From Bacteroidales bacterium (GTDB taxonomy: Bacteria > Bacteroidota > Bacteroidia > Bacteroidales > GCA-2748055): a DNA stretch of 64,000 nucleotides. The notes below the pieces were generated by a model that saw only the letters and a program-made list of their open reading frames with translations, made no database searches and was not told the origin of the DNA. Shown piece by piece: positions 10,248 to 20,706 of this stretch. The translations under genes and the position numbers were made by a program. Location of the stretch: positions 19,668 through 83,667 of the forward strand of contig JAWOHR010000091.1 of NCBI GenBank assembly GCA_046485075.1, given 5' to 3'. Every line of letters begins with the position of its first letter. Position 1 is the first letter of the stretch.

Positions 10248-10964
10248 ATGAATGAAACCGTTTACAAACTGGCAAAGATGATCGATCATTCGATTCTGCA
10301 CCCTACGCTTACCGATGAAGACCTGAAAAGAGAATGCGAAGTGGCAAAAAAATATGATGTGGCTTCGGTATGTGTAAAACCCTATATGGTCAGACCGGCC
10401 ATTGAATATTTGAAAGGTACCGATGTTCTGACCGGCTGTGTCATTGGCTTTCCCGCTGGAAATTCTGCCATTTCCGTCAAAGTTTTTGAAGCCGAAAATG
10501 CCTGCAGGGAAGGGGCGGTTGAAATCGATATGGTCATCAACATTGGCAAAGCATTACAGGGCGACTGGGATTACATTTCCAGGGAGATAAAAGCAGTGAC
10601 CGATACTTGCCATGCGCACGGAGCCATTGTGAAGGTGATTTTCGAAACCGACTTTATTACCCGGGAGGCGGACATTGTTAAACTTTGCGAGATTTGTACC
10701 GGGATGGGAGCCGATTTTGTAAAAACCTCTTCAGGATTCGGTTTCGTAAAACAGGCCAACGGTGACTACAACTATACCGGGGCAACGATCCCGGTATTGA
10801 AACTCATGAAAAAAAGTGTAGGCCCGAATGTGAAGGTAAAAGCTGCAGGAGGTGTCCGCACACTCGATCAGCTGATTGCCGTTCAGGCAGCCGGATGCAC
10901 CCGGAGCGGGGCAACTGCAACCGCTGTAATGTTGGAAGAGGCCATCAAACGGTTCGGGAAATAA
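10248..10964 (+). CDS. deoC: Deoxyribose-phosphate aldolase
   Basis: IDHSIL, VIGFPAG, EIDMVIN, KVIFET, DFVKTSSGF, KAAGGVR. Confidence 0.93.
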   Translation: MNETVYKLAKMIDHSILHPTLTDEDLKRECEVAKKYDVASVCVKPYMVRPAIEYLKGTDVLTGCVIGFPAGNSAISVKVFEAENACREGAVEIDMVINIGKALQGDWDYISREIKAVTDTCHAHGAIVKVIFETDFITREADIVKLCEICTGMGADFVKTSSGFGFVKQANGDYNYTGATIPVLKLMKKSVGPNVKVKAAGGVRTLDQLIAVQAAGCTRSGATATAVMLEEAIKRFGK

Positions 10965-10993
10965 GAACGCTTATAACGTGTTCATCACAGGAG

Positions 10994-12622
10994 CTACCTT
11001 ACGACCAGGGTGGTGCGTAAAACAGCCGGGATTTCCCCGATATAGGGTCCGCCCCAATCCGTTTCATCCCCGTTGAGTATTCGAAGAAGCTTAAAGGCAC
11101 CGTTTTCATACTTGCCTTCTTCAACTTTCAGGTACTGCCAGGCCCTACCGGCATTGTCACCAAGAGGCCGGAACGTAAAACGGCAGTGCGTGCCCACAAG
11201 GAGAAACTCGTTCTCCCCCAGTTGAACCACCATCGCTTTACCGATCGGCTGGGCATTCGCCTGTTCCGTACGTCCACCCGTGGCACTGAATTTAATAATG
11301 GCCTGCCAGCCACCCAGATCGATCGTTTGCTCCGCATGATCTTCACGTTCCACCACTGCTTTTATTCTTCCTTCAAAACCCCACCTGGCCAGCTCCCTCA
11401 TCATGGGAGCGGCCATGGTGTATTCCCCTGAAAGCGTCCCAAGGCGTGCAGCAGTTTCCTCCATGGTCTCGTCACGTCCATTGTCATCGATTCCAAAGGG
11501 CGAATATCCAATTCCACCGCGGGCGATTAATGCATACAGGTATTTCGCATTTTCCGCGCTGGGGTGGATCTCGGGGACAAACAGCGCGTTGTCGGAGCGA
11601 TCATATAACTCTAACACCTTTAAGCAACGCTCACTTCCTGACAGGTATATATCCGGAGCCAACAAGTCGATTGAGGGTGCTGCCACCTTCCAGATAGGGA
11701 TCACATTGTCTGTGGGGCCCCCGCTTTCATAAGTCGATGCACTCGGATTTGAAAGAGGATCGCGCAAAGCTGCATTGACATACAAGGGGAGTGAATTTAC
11801 TGACTTACCTGCCGCAGCAACATATTCAATATAACTGGCCACCGACCAGGCGTGGAAATACTCATCCGCATCATCCCCAAAAACCTCCTGCCATGTCCCC
11901 CTCTTGACCAAAGGTTTGTTTAAGGCAAGCAGTACCCCGGGTTCGAGAAGCCCGGCAGGAACCTGCCCCTCAAACAGTTTTTGGGCAACCGGTGAATAAT
12001 CCCGCACACTTCCCCAGGACCCGGGTTCGTTTTGCACCTGAACCATCAGTACGGTATGTTGAGGATCGGTCTCCCTCAAATACTTCATTACCGCTTTGAA
12101 AGCCCTTGCATCGGCTTCCATCGCTGCCTTTGTATGTGGCGAAGGCGAATCGACCGGCTGATCGTCTTTTCCTGTCAGGTTAGGATACTTTACGGCATCA
12201 TTTTTCATCCATCCGGGCATATAATGGTTACTGCCATTTTTCCAGGTGGCAAACCACAGCAACACAAGATATTTGTCCCGCTCCCTGGCCTGATTGAGTA
12301 ACGTATCGATCAGGGAAAAATCATACTTCCCCGGCTGCGGTTCAATTTGCTCCCAGTAAAGCGGGACTTCGAGGGTGTTGGCGTTCAGTGTCTCGATGGC
12401 AGACCACACCCGGGGCAACATACCGGGCCAGGCGCTGGAGTTGTGGGCCTGACCGCCCAGGATTAAAAATGGCTCTCCATCCACCAGCAGGGCGTGACGA
12501 CCATCCTTTTCAACAATCTCTGGCATGGTGCTTTTAGAGGTTTGGCTCCAGGCAACTCCCGATGTAAAAAAAGCCATTACAAAAAATGCACTCAGAAAAA
12601 CAGGTTTGTTCAATTGCATCAT
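10994..12622 (-). CDS. GH35-type beta-galactosidase with DUF5597 C-terminal domain
   Basis: LLVDGEPFLILGGQAHNSS, WEQIEP, WFATWKNG, VQVQNE, APDIY, LFVPE, RILNGDE. Confidence 0.85.
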   Translation of the reverse strand: MMQLNKPVFLSAFFVMAFFTSGVAWSQTSKSTMPEIVEKDGRHALLVDGEPFLILGGQAHNSSAWPGMLPRVWSAIETLNANTLEVPLYWEQIEPQPGKYDFSLIDTLLNQARERDKYLVLLWFATWKNGSNHYMPGWMKNDAVKYPNLTGKDDQPVDSPSPHTKAAMEADARAFKAVMKYLRETDPQHTVLMVQVQNEPGSWGSVRDYSPVAQKLFEGQVPAGLLEPGVLLALNKPLVKRGTWQEVFGDDADEYFHAWSVASYIEYVAAAGKSVNSLPLYVNAALRDPLSNPSASTYESGGPTDNVIPIWKVAAPSIDLLAPDIYLSGSERCLKVLELYDRSDNALFVPEIHPSAENAKYLYALIARGGIGYSPFGIDDNGRDETMEETAARLGTLSGEYTMAAPMMRELARWGFEGRIKAVVEREDHAEQTIDLGGWQAIIKFSATGGRTEQANAQPIGKAMVVQLGENEFLLVGTHCRFTFRPLGDNAGRAWQYLKVEEGKYENGAFKLLRILNGDETDWGGPYIGEIPAVLRTTLVVR

Positions 12623-12655
12623 TCCGGATTTTTATTGATCATATTTATGTCTTCT

Positions 12656-13699
12656 CTATTCAGGTATCTGCTGGCTCAAACAGTGCAAAGTTCCAAAACC
12701 CCAGATCAGGTCAATGGCACTTATGCCCGTTACCTCCCTGCCGGGGAAGCAACTGGCCAGGATATTTAAGGCAATCCTGTCGTTGGGATCATTGAAAGTC
12801 GGAACCAGCACAACGTGGTTTAAAATCAAAAAATTGGCGTAACTGGCAGGAATCCGGATTCCCTCGAAAAGGAGTTTTTCGGGCATGGGGATCTCCACTA
12901 CATCTGGTGATTTCCCATTTTCCAGGGATGCTTTTTTTAACCTTGAAAGGTTGTCCTGCAATGGTCTGTAATTTTCGTCCCTGTGGTCGGGTTCAACGAC
13001 CGAGAGAATAGTGTTTTCATTCACGAACCTGCACAGATCATCGATGTGTCCGTGCGTATCGTCTCCCCTGATTCCCTCCGCGATCCAGATGGTATGGGTT
13101 ATACCCAGGTATTCGGCAAAAACTGCCTCATAATCCGTTTTAGTGAACCCCGGATTTCTGACCTGGATTTCCGGATCCAACAGGCACTCTTCGGAGGTGA
13201 TCAGGGTGCCTTTGCCATTGGTATCAATGGCTCCGCCTTCAAGAACCACAGGTTTCCCCTGATACACAGCATTTGTCAGAGGAACATTCAAATAAGAGGC
13301 TACTTTCCGGGGGACAGTCCGGTCCAGGTAAAAGTTTTTATATTTCGCCCACCCGTTAAAGTGGAAATTCAGTGCTTCCCGTGATTCCGCACCATTTTTA
13401 ACTATGATGGGGCCCGAATCCCTCATCCAGCTCCGGTTGGTTTTGTGTATGATAAAATCAACGTTCGGAAGATGGACATGGGCCCGCATGAGCATTTCGG
13501 TTACCCTCCATTGAAGCGTTTCATCTGCCACCAGGATGATCACCTGTTCGATGGCTGCAATTTTCTTTATGAAATCAACAAGTGCCCATTGGATCGCCTG
13601 GTATTTACCTGGCCAATCCTTTCCATCATGGGGAAAACAGAGCAGAATGCCCTGTTGCTTTTCCCATTCAGCCGGAAACCTTCTGTTTTTTGCGCTCAT
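12656..13699 (-). CDS. aguA: Agmatine deiminase (peptidyl-arginine deiminase family)
   Basis: PAEWE, WMRDSGP, EGGAID, DDTHGHID, ASYANF, GTLHCLSQQ. Confidence 0.92.
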   Translation of the reverse strand: MSAKNRRFPAEWEKQQGILLCFPHDGKDWPGKYQAIQWALVDFIKKIAAIEQVIILVADETLQWRVTEMLMRAHVHLPNVDFIIHKTNRSWMRDSGPIIVKNGAESREALNFHFNGWAKYKNFYLDRTVPRKVASYLNVPLTNAVYQGKPVVLEGGAIDTNGKGTLITSEECLLDPEIQVRNPGFTKTDYEAVFAEYLGITHTIWIAEGIRGDDTHGHIDDLCRFVNENTILSVVEPDHRDENYRPLQDNLSRLKKASLENGKSPDVVEIPMPEKLLFEGIRIPASYANFLILNHVVLVPTFNDPNDRIALNILASCFPGREVTGISAIDLIWGFGTLHCLSQQIPE

Positions 13700-14586
13700 C
13701 GGTTATCAATGGCTCTTTGGGTTATTTCTCCATAGGCATCAATTCTCCGGTCTCTGAAGAAAGGCCAGTTCTGCCGAACATTCTCCAGCAAATCAAGATC
13801 CACCTCTGCAATCAAAATTTCCTCCTGATCATTTGAGGCCTGCGCCAGTATTTCGCCCTGCGGACCGGCAATAAAGGAAGCCCCCCAGAAAATAATACCA
13901 TCCGTACCGGGTACATATTTTTCCAGCCCGATCCGGTTGGCAGCGGCCACATATATGCCATTGGCCACGGCATGTCCCTTCATTACATTCATCCATGCAC
14001 CCAGTTGCCTTTCACCGAATTCCTCTACCTCCTTCGGAGCCCAGCCAATGGCCGTAGGGTAAAACAGGATTTCAGCCCCCTTTAGTGCTGTGATCCTTGC
14101 AGCTTCAGGATACCACTGGTCCCAGCATATCAATGTGCCCACTTTGCCTTTTTGAGTAGATATGGTTTTGAATCCCAGATCACCCGGGGTGAAGTAAAAC
14201 TTTTCATAAAAATGCGGATCATCCGGAATGTGCATTTTCCTGTACAATCCAGCTTCCGATCCGTCGCTATCGATGATATACGCACTGTTGTGGTAAATTC
14301 CCGACATCCTTTTTTCAAAGAAGGGAACAATGATCACCACACCCAGTTCCTTTGCCAGGGCACTGAATGCATGGAAGGATGTACTGTAGAGTGGTTCCGC
14401 AAGATTAAAATTATTAACCTCTTCACTCTGGCAGAAATAATGGCTGCTGTAAAGTTCCGGCAACGAAATCACCTCCGCACCCTTTTTAGCAGCCTCTCTC
14501 ACTCGGCTCAAACATTTTTTAAGGTTGTTTTCGGGAGTGTTATTCAGGTTTAGTTGTAGGACCGAGACCCTGTATTTTCGATTCAT
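13696..14586 (-). CDS. aguB: N-carbamoylputrescine amidohydrolase (carbon-nitrogen hydrolase)
   Basis: LPELY, YRKMHIP, EKFYF, ICWDQWYPE (E-K-C triad), FFRDRR; overlaps the agmatine deiminase start. Confidence 0.9.
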   Translation of the reverse strand: MNRKYRVSVLQLNLNNTPENNLKKCLSRVREAAKKGAEVISLPELYSSHYFCQSEEVNNFNLAEPLYSTSFHAFSALAKELGVVIIVPFFEKRMSGIYHNSAYIIDSDGSEAGLYRKMHIPDDPHFYEKFYFTPGDLGFKTISTQKGKVGTLICWDQWYPEAARITALKGAEILFYPTAIGWAPKEVEEFGERQLGAWMNVMKGHAVANGIYVAAANRIGLEKYVPGTDGIIFWGASFIAGPQGEILAQASNDQEEILIAEVDLDLLENVRQNWPFFRDRRIDAYGEITQRAIDNR

Positions 14587-14778
14587 CGTCTACAATGGTT
14601 TGATATCAATATTGTCTGAATTAGCTTTCAAAATTACGTAATATAAAACTACTACTTTTCCGGTTTTGCAAAATGCTCATAAAAATAAGGGTTTAATACA
14701 AAAAATTCCTTAAACTAGCGTACGCAATGGGGTGAACTCCTCATTGAATAAGTTACTTACCCACAAAAAATATCTGCC

Positions 14779-16128
14779 ATGGCATCAAACTCAAGAAGGA
14801 ACTTCATAAAAAAAACAACCGTAGCTTCAGCAGCGCTCTCCTTTGGAGGAATTCTTCCAGCTTTCAGCGCAAAAAGCTATGGCCGCATCATGGGTTCCAA
14901 TGAAAGGATCATGGTATCCGTGATGGGTGTAAATTCAAGAGGAAAAGCGCTGGCCTCAAATTTTGCAAGGCAGACCGATTGTGATGTAGTCCACATATGC
15001 GACGTGGATAGTAATGCGTTGTCAGCCTGTCAAAAAGAATTGGAAACATCACAGGAGATTAAAACCAGGGGATTCCGTGATTTCAGGGAATCGTTGCAGG
15101 ATAAAGAAATCGATGCAATGGTCATTGCCACTCCCGATCACTGGCATGCTCCTGCAGCACTGTTAGCTATGCAGGCCGGTAAACATGTCTATCTTGAGAA
15201 ACCCAGCAGTCATAATCCCCACGAAGGAGAAATGCTTATTAAGGCTGCCGCAATGTATGGTAAGGCTGTTCAACTGGGCAACCAACGCAGGTCGTTCCCA
15301 ATGATCATTCAAGGTATCCAGGAATTGAAGGATGGAGTAATTGGCCGCCCCTATTTTGGAAAAGGCTGGTACGCAAATAACCGCGGGCCCATTGGAACCG
15401 GAAAAGAAACCGCTGTACCCGAATGGCTCGATTGGGATCTCTGGCAGGGTCCTGCTCCCCGAAAGGCATACAAAGACAACGTGGTTCATTATAACTGGCA
15501 TTGGTTCTGGCATTGGGGGACAGGCGAAGCACTGAATAACGGGACGCATATGATTGATATGTTACGATGGGGATTAAACGTGGATTATCCGGTCAGGGTG
15601 AGTTCAAACGGGGGAAGGTACCGTTACCAGGATGATTGGGAGACACCCGACACCCAGGTAATCAACCTGGATTTTAAAGAGGGCGTTACCATGACCTGGG
15701 AAGGAAGAAGTTGCAACGGAAAGCTCATTGAAGGCAGTGGTGCCGGTGTGATCTTTTATGGAGAAGAAGGTAGTATGGTATTCCCCGGAGGCAACAATTA
15801 TACGATCTTTGATCTTGATGATCATGTTGTGAAAGAAGCAAAAATGGAACCAAACAGGGGAACCGGAGACCTGGTTAGTCCCTATGACAATCTGGATGCC
15901 CTTCATATTCAAAATTTCTTTGACGGAATACGTAACGGCAGCAGCAAGCTCAGGGCCGATATAGAATCCGGACATAAAAGCACCCTGCTCGTACAGCTGG
16001 GCAACATTGCTCAGCAGGTGGGTCATTCTCTTGAAATTGATCCTGAAAACGGCCATATTTTAAATGATAAAAAAGCACTGAAGTACTGGTCGCGCAGCTA
16101 TGAAAACGGATGGGAAATGAAACTTTAA
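14779..16128 (+). CDS. Tat-exported Gfo/Idh/MocA oxidoreductase
   Basis: SRRNFIK twin-arginine signal, GVNSRG, ATPDHWH, YLEKP, WDLWQGPAP, HMIDM. Confidence 0.9.
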   Translation: MASNSRRNFIKKTTVASAALSFGGILPAFSAKSYGRIMGSNERIMVSVMGVNSRGKALASNFARQTDCDVVHICDVDSNALSACQKELETSQEIKTRGFRDFRESLQDKEIDAMVIATPDHWHAPAALLAMQAGKHVYLEKPSSHNPHEGEMLIKAAAMYGKAVQLGNQRRSFPMIIQGIQELKDGVIGRPYFGKGWYANNRGPIGTGKETAVPEWLDWDLWQGPAPRKAYKDNVVHYNWHWFWHWGTGEALNNGTHMIDMLRWGLNVDYPVRVSSNGGRYRYQDDWETPDTQVINLDFKEGVTMTWEGRSCNGKLIEGSGAGVIFYGEEGSMVFPGGNNYTIFDLDDHVVKEAKMEPNRGTGDLVSPYDNLDALHIQNFFDGIRNGSSKLRADIESGHKSTLLVQLGNIAQQVGHSLEIDPENGHILNDKKALKYWSRSYENGWEMKL

Positions 16129-16152
16129 TCTAACCGCAAAAGATCTCACTTT

Positions 16153-17142
16153 ATGAAATCCAGAAGATCATTTATTAAAACCGTGGGTAAAGGGGCAGCC
16201 CTGTCCACAATAGCTTTCCCTTCAGGCAATGCCCTGGCATCCCAGTTGTTGACCGGGCCTGACCAGGATTTAAAAAATTTGCGGATCGGAATCATCGGCG
16301 CTGAAAATTCACATACGATTGGATTTGGTAAAATGTTCAACGTAGAGAAAAAATTTCCCGGAGTGGAAGTGAAATATGTCTGGGGTGAAACCGACGCGTT
16401 TGCAAGGAAAGCTGCGGCAGAAGGGAATATCCCAAATATTGTAAAGGATCCCGGAGAGATGCTGGGCGAAATTGATGCGCTGATCGTTGATCACCGCCAT
16501 CCGAAATATCACCTCGAGGCTGCAATCCCCTTTATTAAAGAGGGTGTTCCGACATTTATCGACAAGCCATTCTGCTACAGGGCTGCAGAGGGGAAAGCGT
16601 TTCTGGAGCTTGCCCGTAAGCATCGAGCACCGGTAACCTCCTACAGCTCCGTCGCCCAAAGCAATTCTACCTTTGATATAAAAGAGCAGGTCGAATCGAT
16701 GGGAATGATCAACCAGGTAGTCAGATACGGACCTGTGGATATGGATTCGCAATATGGCGGAGTGTTTTTTTATGGGGTACACATCCTACAGCCCCTGATG
16801 TTTATGTTTGGTGAAGATATCAGCAGGGTGAGGGTAACAAGAAACGGGCAAAATGGCATCGCAACCCTGGTATATAAAAATGGTCTGTTTGCTACCCTGA
16901 TTTTCAAGAATATTGCCTCTGACTGGGAAACCTTTGTGGAGACAAAAGAGGGATTAACTGAACTCAAATCCCGGGTGGCAGAGAGTGACCCGGCAAAAAA
17001 TTATATGGATATGGTGGAAATGTTCCGGACAGGTAAGGAACCCCGCTCCCACCAAAGCATATTGAATTGTGTCTCCGTACTTGAAGCCCTGGAGAAATCC
17101 GTTGCCAGTCAGAACTGGGAAGAGGTACTGATGCTTTCCTAG
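16153..17142 (+). CDS. Tat-exported Gfo/Idh/MocA-like oxidoreductase
   Basis: SRRSFIK, RIGIIGAENSH, FIDKP, YGVH. Confidence 0.82.
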   Translation: MKSRRSFIKTVGKGAALSTIAFPSGNALASQLLTGPDQDLKNLRIGIIGAENSHTIGFGKMFNVEKKFPGVEVKYVWGETDAFARKAAAEGNIPNIVKDPGEMLGEIDALIVDHRHPKYHLEAAIPFIKEGVPTFIDKPFCYRAAEGKAFLELARKHRAPVTSYSSVAQSNSTFDIKEQVESMGMINQVVRYGPVDMDSQYGGVFFYGVHILQPLMFMFGEDISRVRVTRNGQNGIATLVYKNGLFATLIFKNIASDWETFVETKEGLTELKSRVAESDPAKNYMDMVEMFRTGKEPRSHQSILNCVSVLEALEKSVASQNWEEVLMLS

Positions 17143-17150
17143 GATCGGAC

Positions 17151-19673
17151 TTACTTCATAAGCAGCATCTGTTTCTGGTAGATATGCTCACCTGATTCCA
17201 GGCGATAAATGTAAACCCCGGGGGACAATTCTTCTGCATCGAAGGGTATCTGGTGGAAGCCGGCATTCTGCTCCCGGTCGACCAGATTTTTAACCTGCTT
17301 GCCCATAAGGTCAAATATATTCAGTTTCACTTCACAGTTTTCTGATAACTGGTAACTGAAGGTTGTTGAAAGAGTGAATGGATTTGGATAGTTCTGGTGA
17401 AGTTTAAATACCCCGGAACCATCTGCCTGCTCATCATCAATACCAACAACAGACTCGGTAAATCTGATCCAGTTGACATTCTGATAGCCCTTCACACAAT
17501 GCATGGTTAAAATGTGTTCCCCTTCGGTCAGGGATTTTCCTTTCAGAAAAATCGATACAAAGCTGTCCCAGTTATTGGTATTGGGAGTGGGTACCGTTCC
17601 GGTAAAAGGGTCGCCGTCAACCGACAACGAAAGACTCGATCCGTTCATGGCTGTTCCATACCTGAATTCAATATCATACAGACCGGTTGCAGCAACATTT
17701 ACAGTATAATTTACCCATTCACCATCCTGGAAATCACCAATATTAAATCCGCCGCCCTCATCACCACACGGTCCGACATCCACCGGATCATCACCATGAT
17801 AGGTTACAAGGAATTTATTTCCCGGTGTTAATTCGTGAAAGGAAACTCCCTCGCCGCCAAAATCATAATCCTCACATTCAATTTTTCCCGGAATGGCGTA
17901 CGGAGTGCCAAGGAATGGACCCTGTGGTTTGCGGACGGAGATTTTTACGGTATCTGTTACAAAACCAAGACCATCATTATCGGTAACCACAGCCGCAATG
18001 GAATACTGGCCGACAGGAACTTTTTCCCAGATAAATTCAAATGGTTCAGAAGTAACTTCCCCTAATTTGGCCGACCCGTTAAAAAACTCCACCAAAGTGA
18101 TTTCGCCATCCGGATCACCCGCTTCCACTGAAATGGTTACATCAGAGGAATCTACATACACGGCGTTATCCTCCGGAGCAGTGATGGTTGCATGGGGAGA
18201 TTTGTTCCCCATGATGAATTTCATATAATCAATACTGAACCCGTCCGTATCCATCCACAGGCGAAGTGTTTCAGGCCCGCTTGTCAGGAGATCAATAGGA
18301 ATACGCAGGGTATCCCACACTTGCATCCCACCTGTATTAGGAACATCAACCGAACCGGTGATATTGGTTCCGTTCATTTCAATATGGAATTTTTTATCAT
18401 CCATATCCGAAGCAACGGCCACCTCGAGCGTATAGGTACCTGTGGTATCAATATGAACCGGATATTCAGTCCATTCTCCACCTACGACATCAGAAATACA
18501 ATACCCCCCCGCATTCGTCGTATCAATATCAACCCCGGTATCCTTCCTGTAATAGCCCGGTACATTCAATGTGTCAGAATCTGAGTAAGAGATACCCTCG
18601 CCGCAAATACCAAAATGCTCAGCCTCAATCCTGCCCGGTACCGAAGAAACCATTCCGTCATAAGCACAAAACGACTGCCAGCCGGGCATTTCATCAAGGG
18701 TGATCACTTTGGGATTATTATATGTATCCATTATTTGTTGAACCGTATTTGTCGTTCCGCCACTTTCATTTTCATAAAGACCATAGGCCCAGATCATAAA
18801 GAATGACATTTTCGGCTGGTTATTGATGACTGTTGCAGTGGGGACTTTAAAACACTCTCCAATGCCCAGCGGTTTTCCGCCTGCCTGTGCTACCAATGCA
18901 TTATAGTAGCTTAAATCGGTAAATCCGCCACTGTATATATCAAGAGCAGCCATGTCAAAATATTCATCACCCGGATTATACTGCTGGTAACTCGAATGGA
19001 TGTCCTGAACATTCCAGGTCCAGATGAGGTTGGTCAGCCCCAGTTCATTCATCATATAGTCGTAGGTTAACTTCCATAGCGCTTTGGTATTTTCTGCACC
19101 ACCGGAATTCCACCAGAATACCGTTTGATTCTGCTCGTGGAAGGGCCTCCACAATACTTCAACCCTTTTATCTTCAAGATATTGAAGATATGGAGCTGCA
19201 ATTAAATCAATCCTGTTTTTCCATACAATATTTAAAGCTCCCCCATCGGTAAGCAGGTCGGTCCACTGGGAGGCGGTTAATGAACTTTTTACACCTCCGT
19301 CCCAGTTACAGGGTTCCGATTGTGTCGGAGGGCATGCGTGCCACATAAAATTCACCACGGCTCCCTTGTTCCATTGCTTTTCGGCTTCGTATGTGACAGC
19401 CCAACGTAGTGAAGCCTCCCCATGAAACCCAAAATCAACGCCAAACAGAGCCGGGTATTTTCCTGTCACCTTATAAACTTCATCTGTCCAGTAACTTGGT
19501 CCGGTCGGATTTCCATGAAAGGCTTTTAAGTCGTTATGCTGACCGGAAAGGATCTTTGTTCCTGAAATACCATACAGGTAGTTCAGTGTTTTAAACCGGG
19601 TTTGTGCCATCACCAGGGTTGAGAGAGATAGCACCAGGATTAATGTTAACGTTGATTTTGTATATTTTTTCAT
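17151..19673 (-). CDS. GH26 beta-mannanase-like enzyme with two CBM6-like modules, an Ig-like domain and a T9SS CTD
   Basis: ILSGQH, WRPFHE, YNPGDEYFD, DIY, IGEC; two 'PG.IE.E.F..GGEG.S..D' CBM modules; LHQNYPNPF...GVYIYRL. Confidence 0.87.
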   Translation of the reverse strand: MKKYTKSTLTLILVLSLSTLVMAQTRFKTLNYLYGISGTKILSGQHNDLKAFHGNPTGPSYWTDEVYKVTGKYPALFGVDFGFHGEASLRWAVTYEAEKQWNKGAVVNFMWHACPPTQSEPCNWDGGVKSSLTASQWTDLLTDGGALNIVWKNRIDLIAAPYLQYLEDKRVEVLWRPFHEQNQTVFWWNSGGAENTKALWKLTYDYMMNELGLTNLIWTWNVQDIHSSYQQYNPGDEYFDMAALDIYSGGFTDLSYYNALVAQAGGKPLGIGECFKVPTATVINNQPKMSFFMIWAYGLYENESGGTTNTVQQIMDTYNNPKVITLDEMPGWQSFCAYDGMVSSVPGRIEAEHFGICGEGISYSDSDTLNVPGYYRKDTGVDIDTTNAGGYCISDVVGGEWTEYPVHIDTTGTYTLEVAVASDMDDKKFHIEMNGTNITGSVDVPNTGGMQVWDTLRIPIDLLTSGPETLRLWMDTDGFSIDYMKFIMGNKSPHATITAPEDNAVYVDSSDVTISVEAGDPDGEITLVEFFNGSAKLGEVTSEPFEFIWEKVPVGQYSIAAVVTDNDGLGFVTDTVKISVRKPQGPFLGTPYAIPGKIECEDYDFGGEGVSFHELTPGNKFLVTYHGDDPVDVGPCGDEGGGFNIGDFQDGEWVNYTVNVAATGLYDIEFRYGTAMNGSSLSLSVDGDPFTGTVPTPNTNNWDSFVSIFLKGKSLTEGEHILTMHCVKGYQNVNWIRFTESVVGIDDEQADGSGVFKLHQNYPNPFTLSTTFSYQLSENCEVKLNIFDLMGKQVKNLVDREQNAGFHQIPFDAEELSPGVYIYRLESGEHIYQKQMLLMK

Positions 19674-19846
19674 AGGGTATATTTTTTACGGGTTTTCAAT
19701 GCTGATGAAGATACCAAATTTAATTAAAATACGCTTTGAAGGGCACCAGATGTTAACCCTGAGTTAAAAGGATTGTTTGCAATACAATATCGCCAACCAT
19801 ACCAATCCGATAACTGTTTTACAGGATAACAATCTACCCGGGATCG

Positions 19847-20635
19847 ATGCTTTTTCTCTCCGTTTTATTCGTTACTGTCTTTCATACTTCAAATATTGAG
19901 GAGCCCGGTTCAAGGATCGTCTGGCACTGGGAGGATGAATTCAATGCCGGGGAGCAACTGAAAGTAAAGGAGTGGTTAACCCGTGTGACCCTTGCTGCCG
20001 AGGCAACCATCGGCGTCTATCCTTTCGATCTGCATTTCCATATTCACCGGCGTAACAGCTCCCCGGAGCCGGTTCCCTGGGCCAGTACCCGCCGCCATCC
20101 TTTACAGGGAGTTGATTTTCATATTGATCCCTCCTATCCGCTGAAATCATTCATGGATGACTGGACCGCTCCCCACGAAATCAGCCACCTGTCCATCCCA
20201 TTCCTTGGAAGCGAATATGCGTGGTTTGCAGAAGGATATGCGAGCTATATGCAATACCAGATCATGCAAACGCTGGGTATCTGTTCGCCGGACGAGGTAA
20301 CGGCAATTTATGCGCAAAAGATTGAGAGGGTGAAACCCTCCTATGACCGGGAAGAGGATTTTGTTACCGTGGCCGGCGAACTTAAAAGCAGAAACCGGTA
20401 CGCCGATATGTACTGGGGAGGTGCAAGCTATTTCATGCAAATAGACAACCAACTTAATAATGAGTACGGACAGGAAATAACCGGGTTCATTAAAGAATAC
20501 ATGCAATGCTGCCGGCTGGAGGATGAGCCTTTTGCGGAGCTTATCGAATCGTGGGATCATCTTTTGGGCGATCCCATCTTCAGTGATTTGCTGCACATCT
20601 ATCAGACCGCTCCCGCCTCCGGGATACTGAAATAG
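19847..20635 (+). CDS. Putative gluzincin-type zinc metallopeptidase (M61-like)
   Basis: HEISH motif with downstream WFAEG; N-terminal hydrophobic segment. Confidence 0.6.
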   Translation: MLFLSVLFVTVFHTSNIEEPGSRIVWHWEDEFNAGEQLKVKEWLTRVTLAAEATIGVYPFDLHFHIHRRNSSPEPVPWASTRRHPLQGVDFHIDPSYPLKSFMDDWTAPHEISHLSIPFLGSEYAWFAEGYASYMQYQIMQTLGICSPDEVTAIYAQKIERVKPSYDREEDFVTVAGELKSRNRYADMYWGGASYFMQIDNQLNNEYGQEITGFIKEYMQCCRLEDEPFAELIESWDHLLGDPIFSDLLHIYQTAPASGILK

Positions 20636-20706
20636 GATATTTATATTTCCCAGCAACCGGCAGACTTTGTTTGATATTCAGAATGACGCGCTCAGACCCA
20701 ATAATA

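Noticed and set aside
12656-14586. aguB-aguA pair as novel
   Set aside because: This is the well-known agmatine-to-putrescine pathway.
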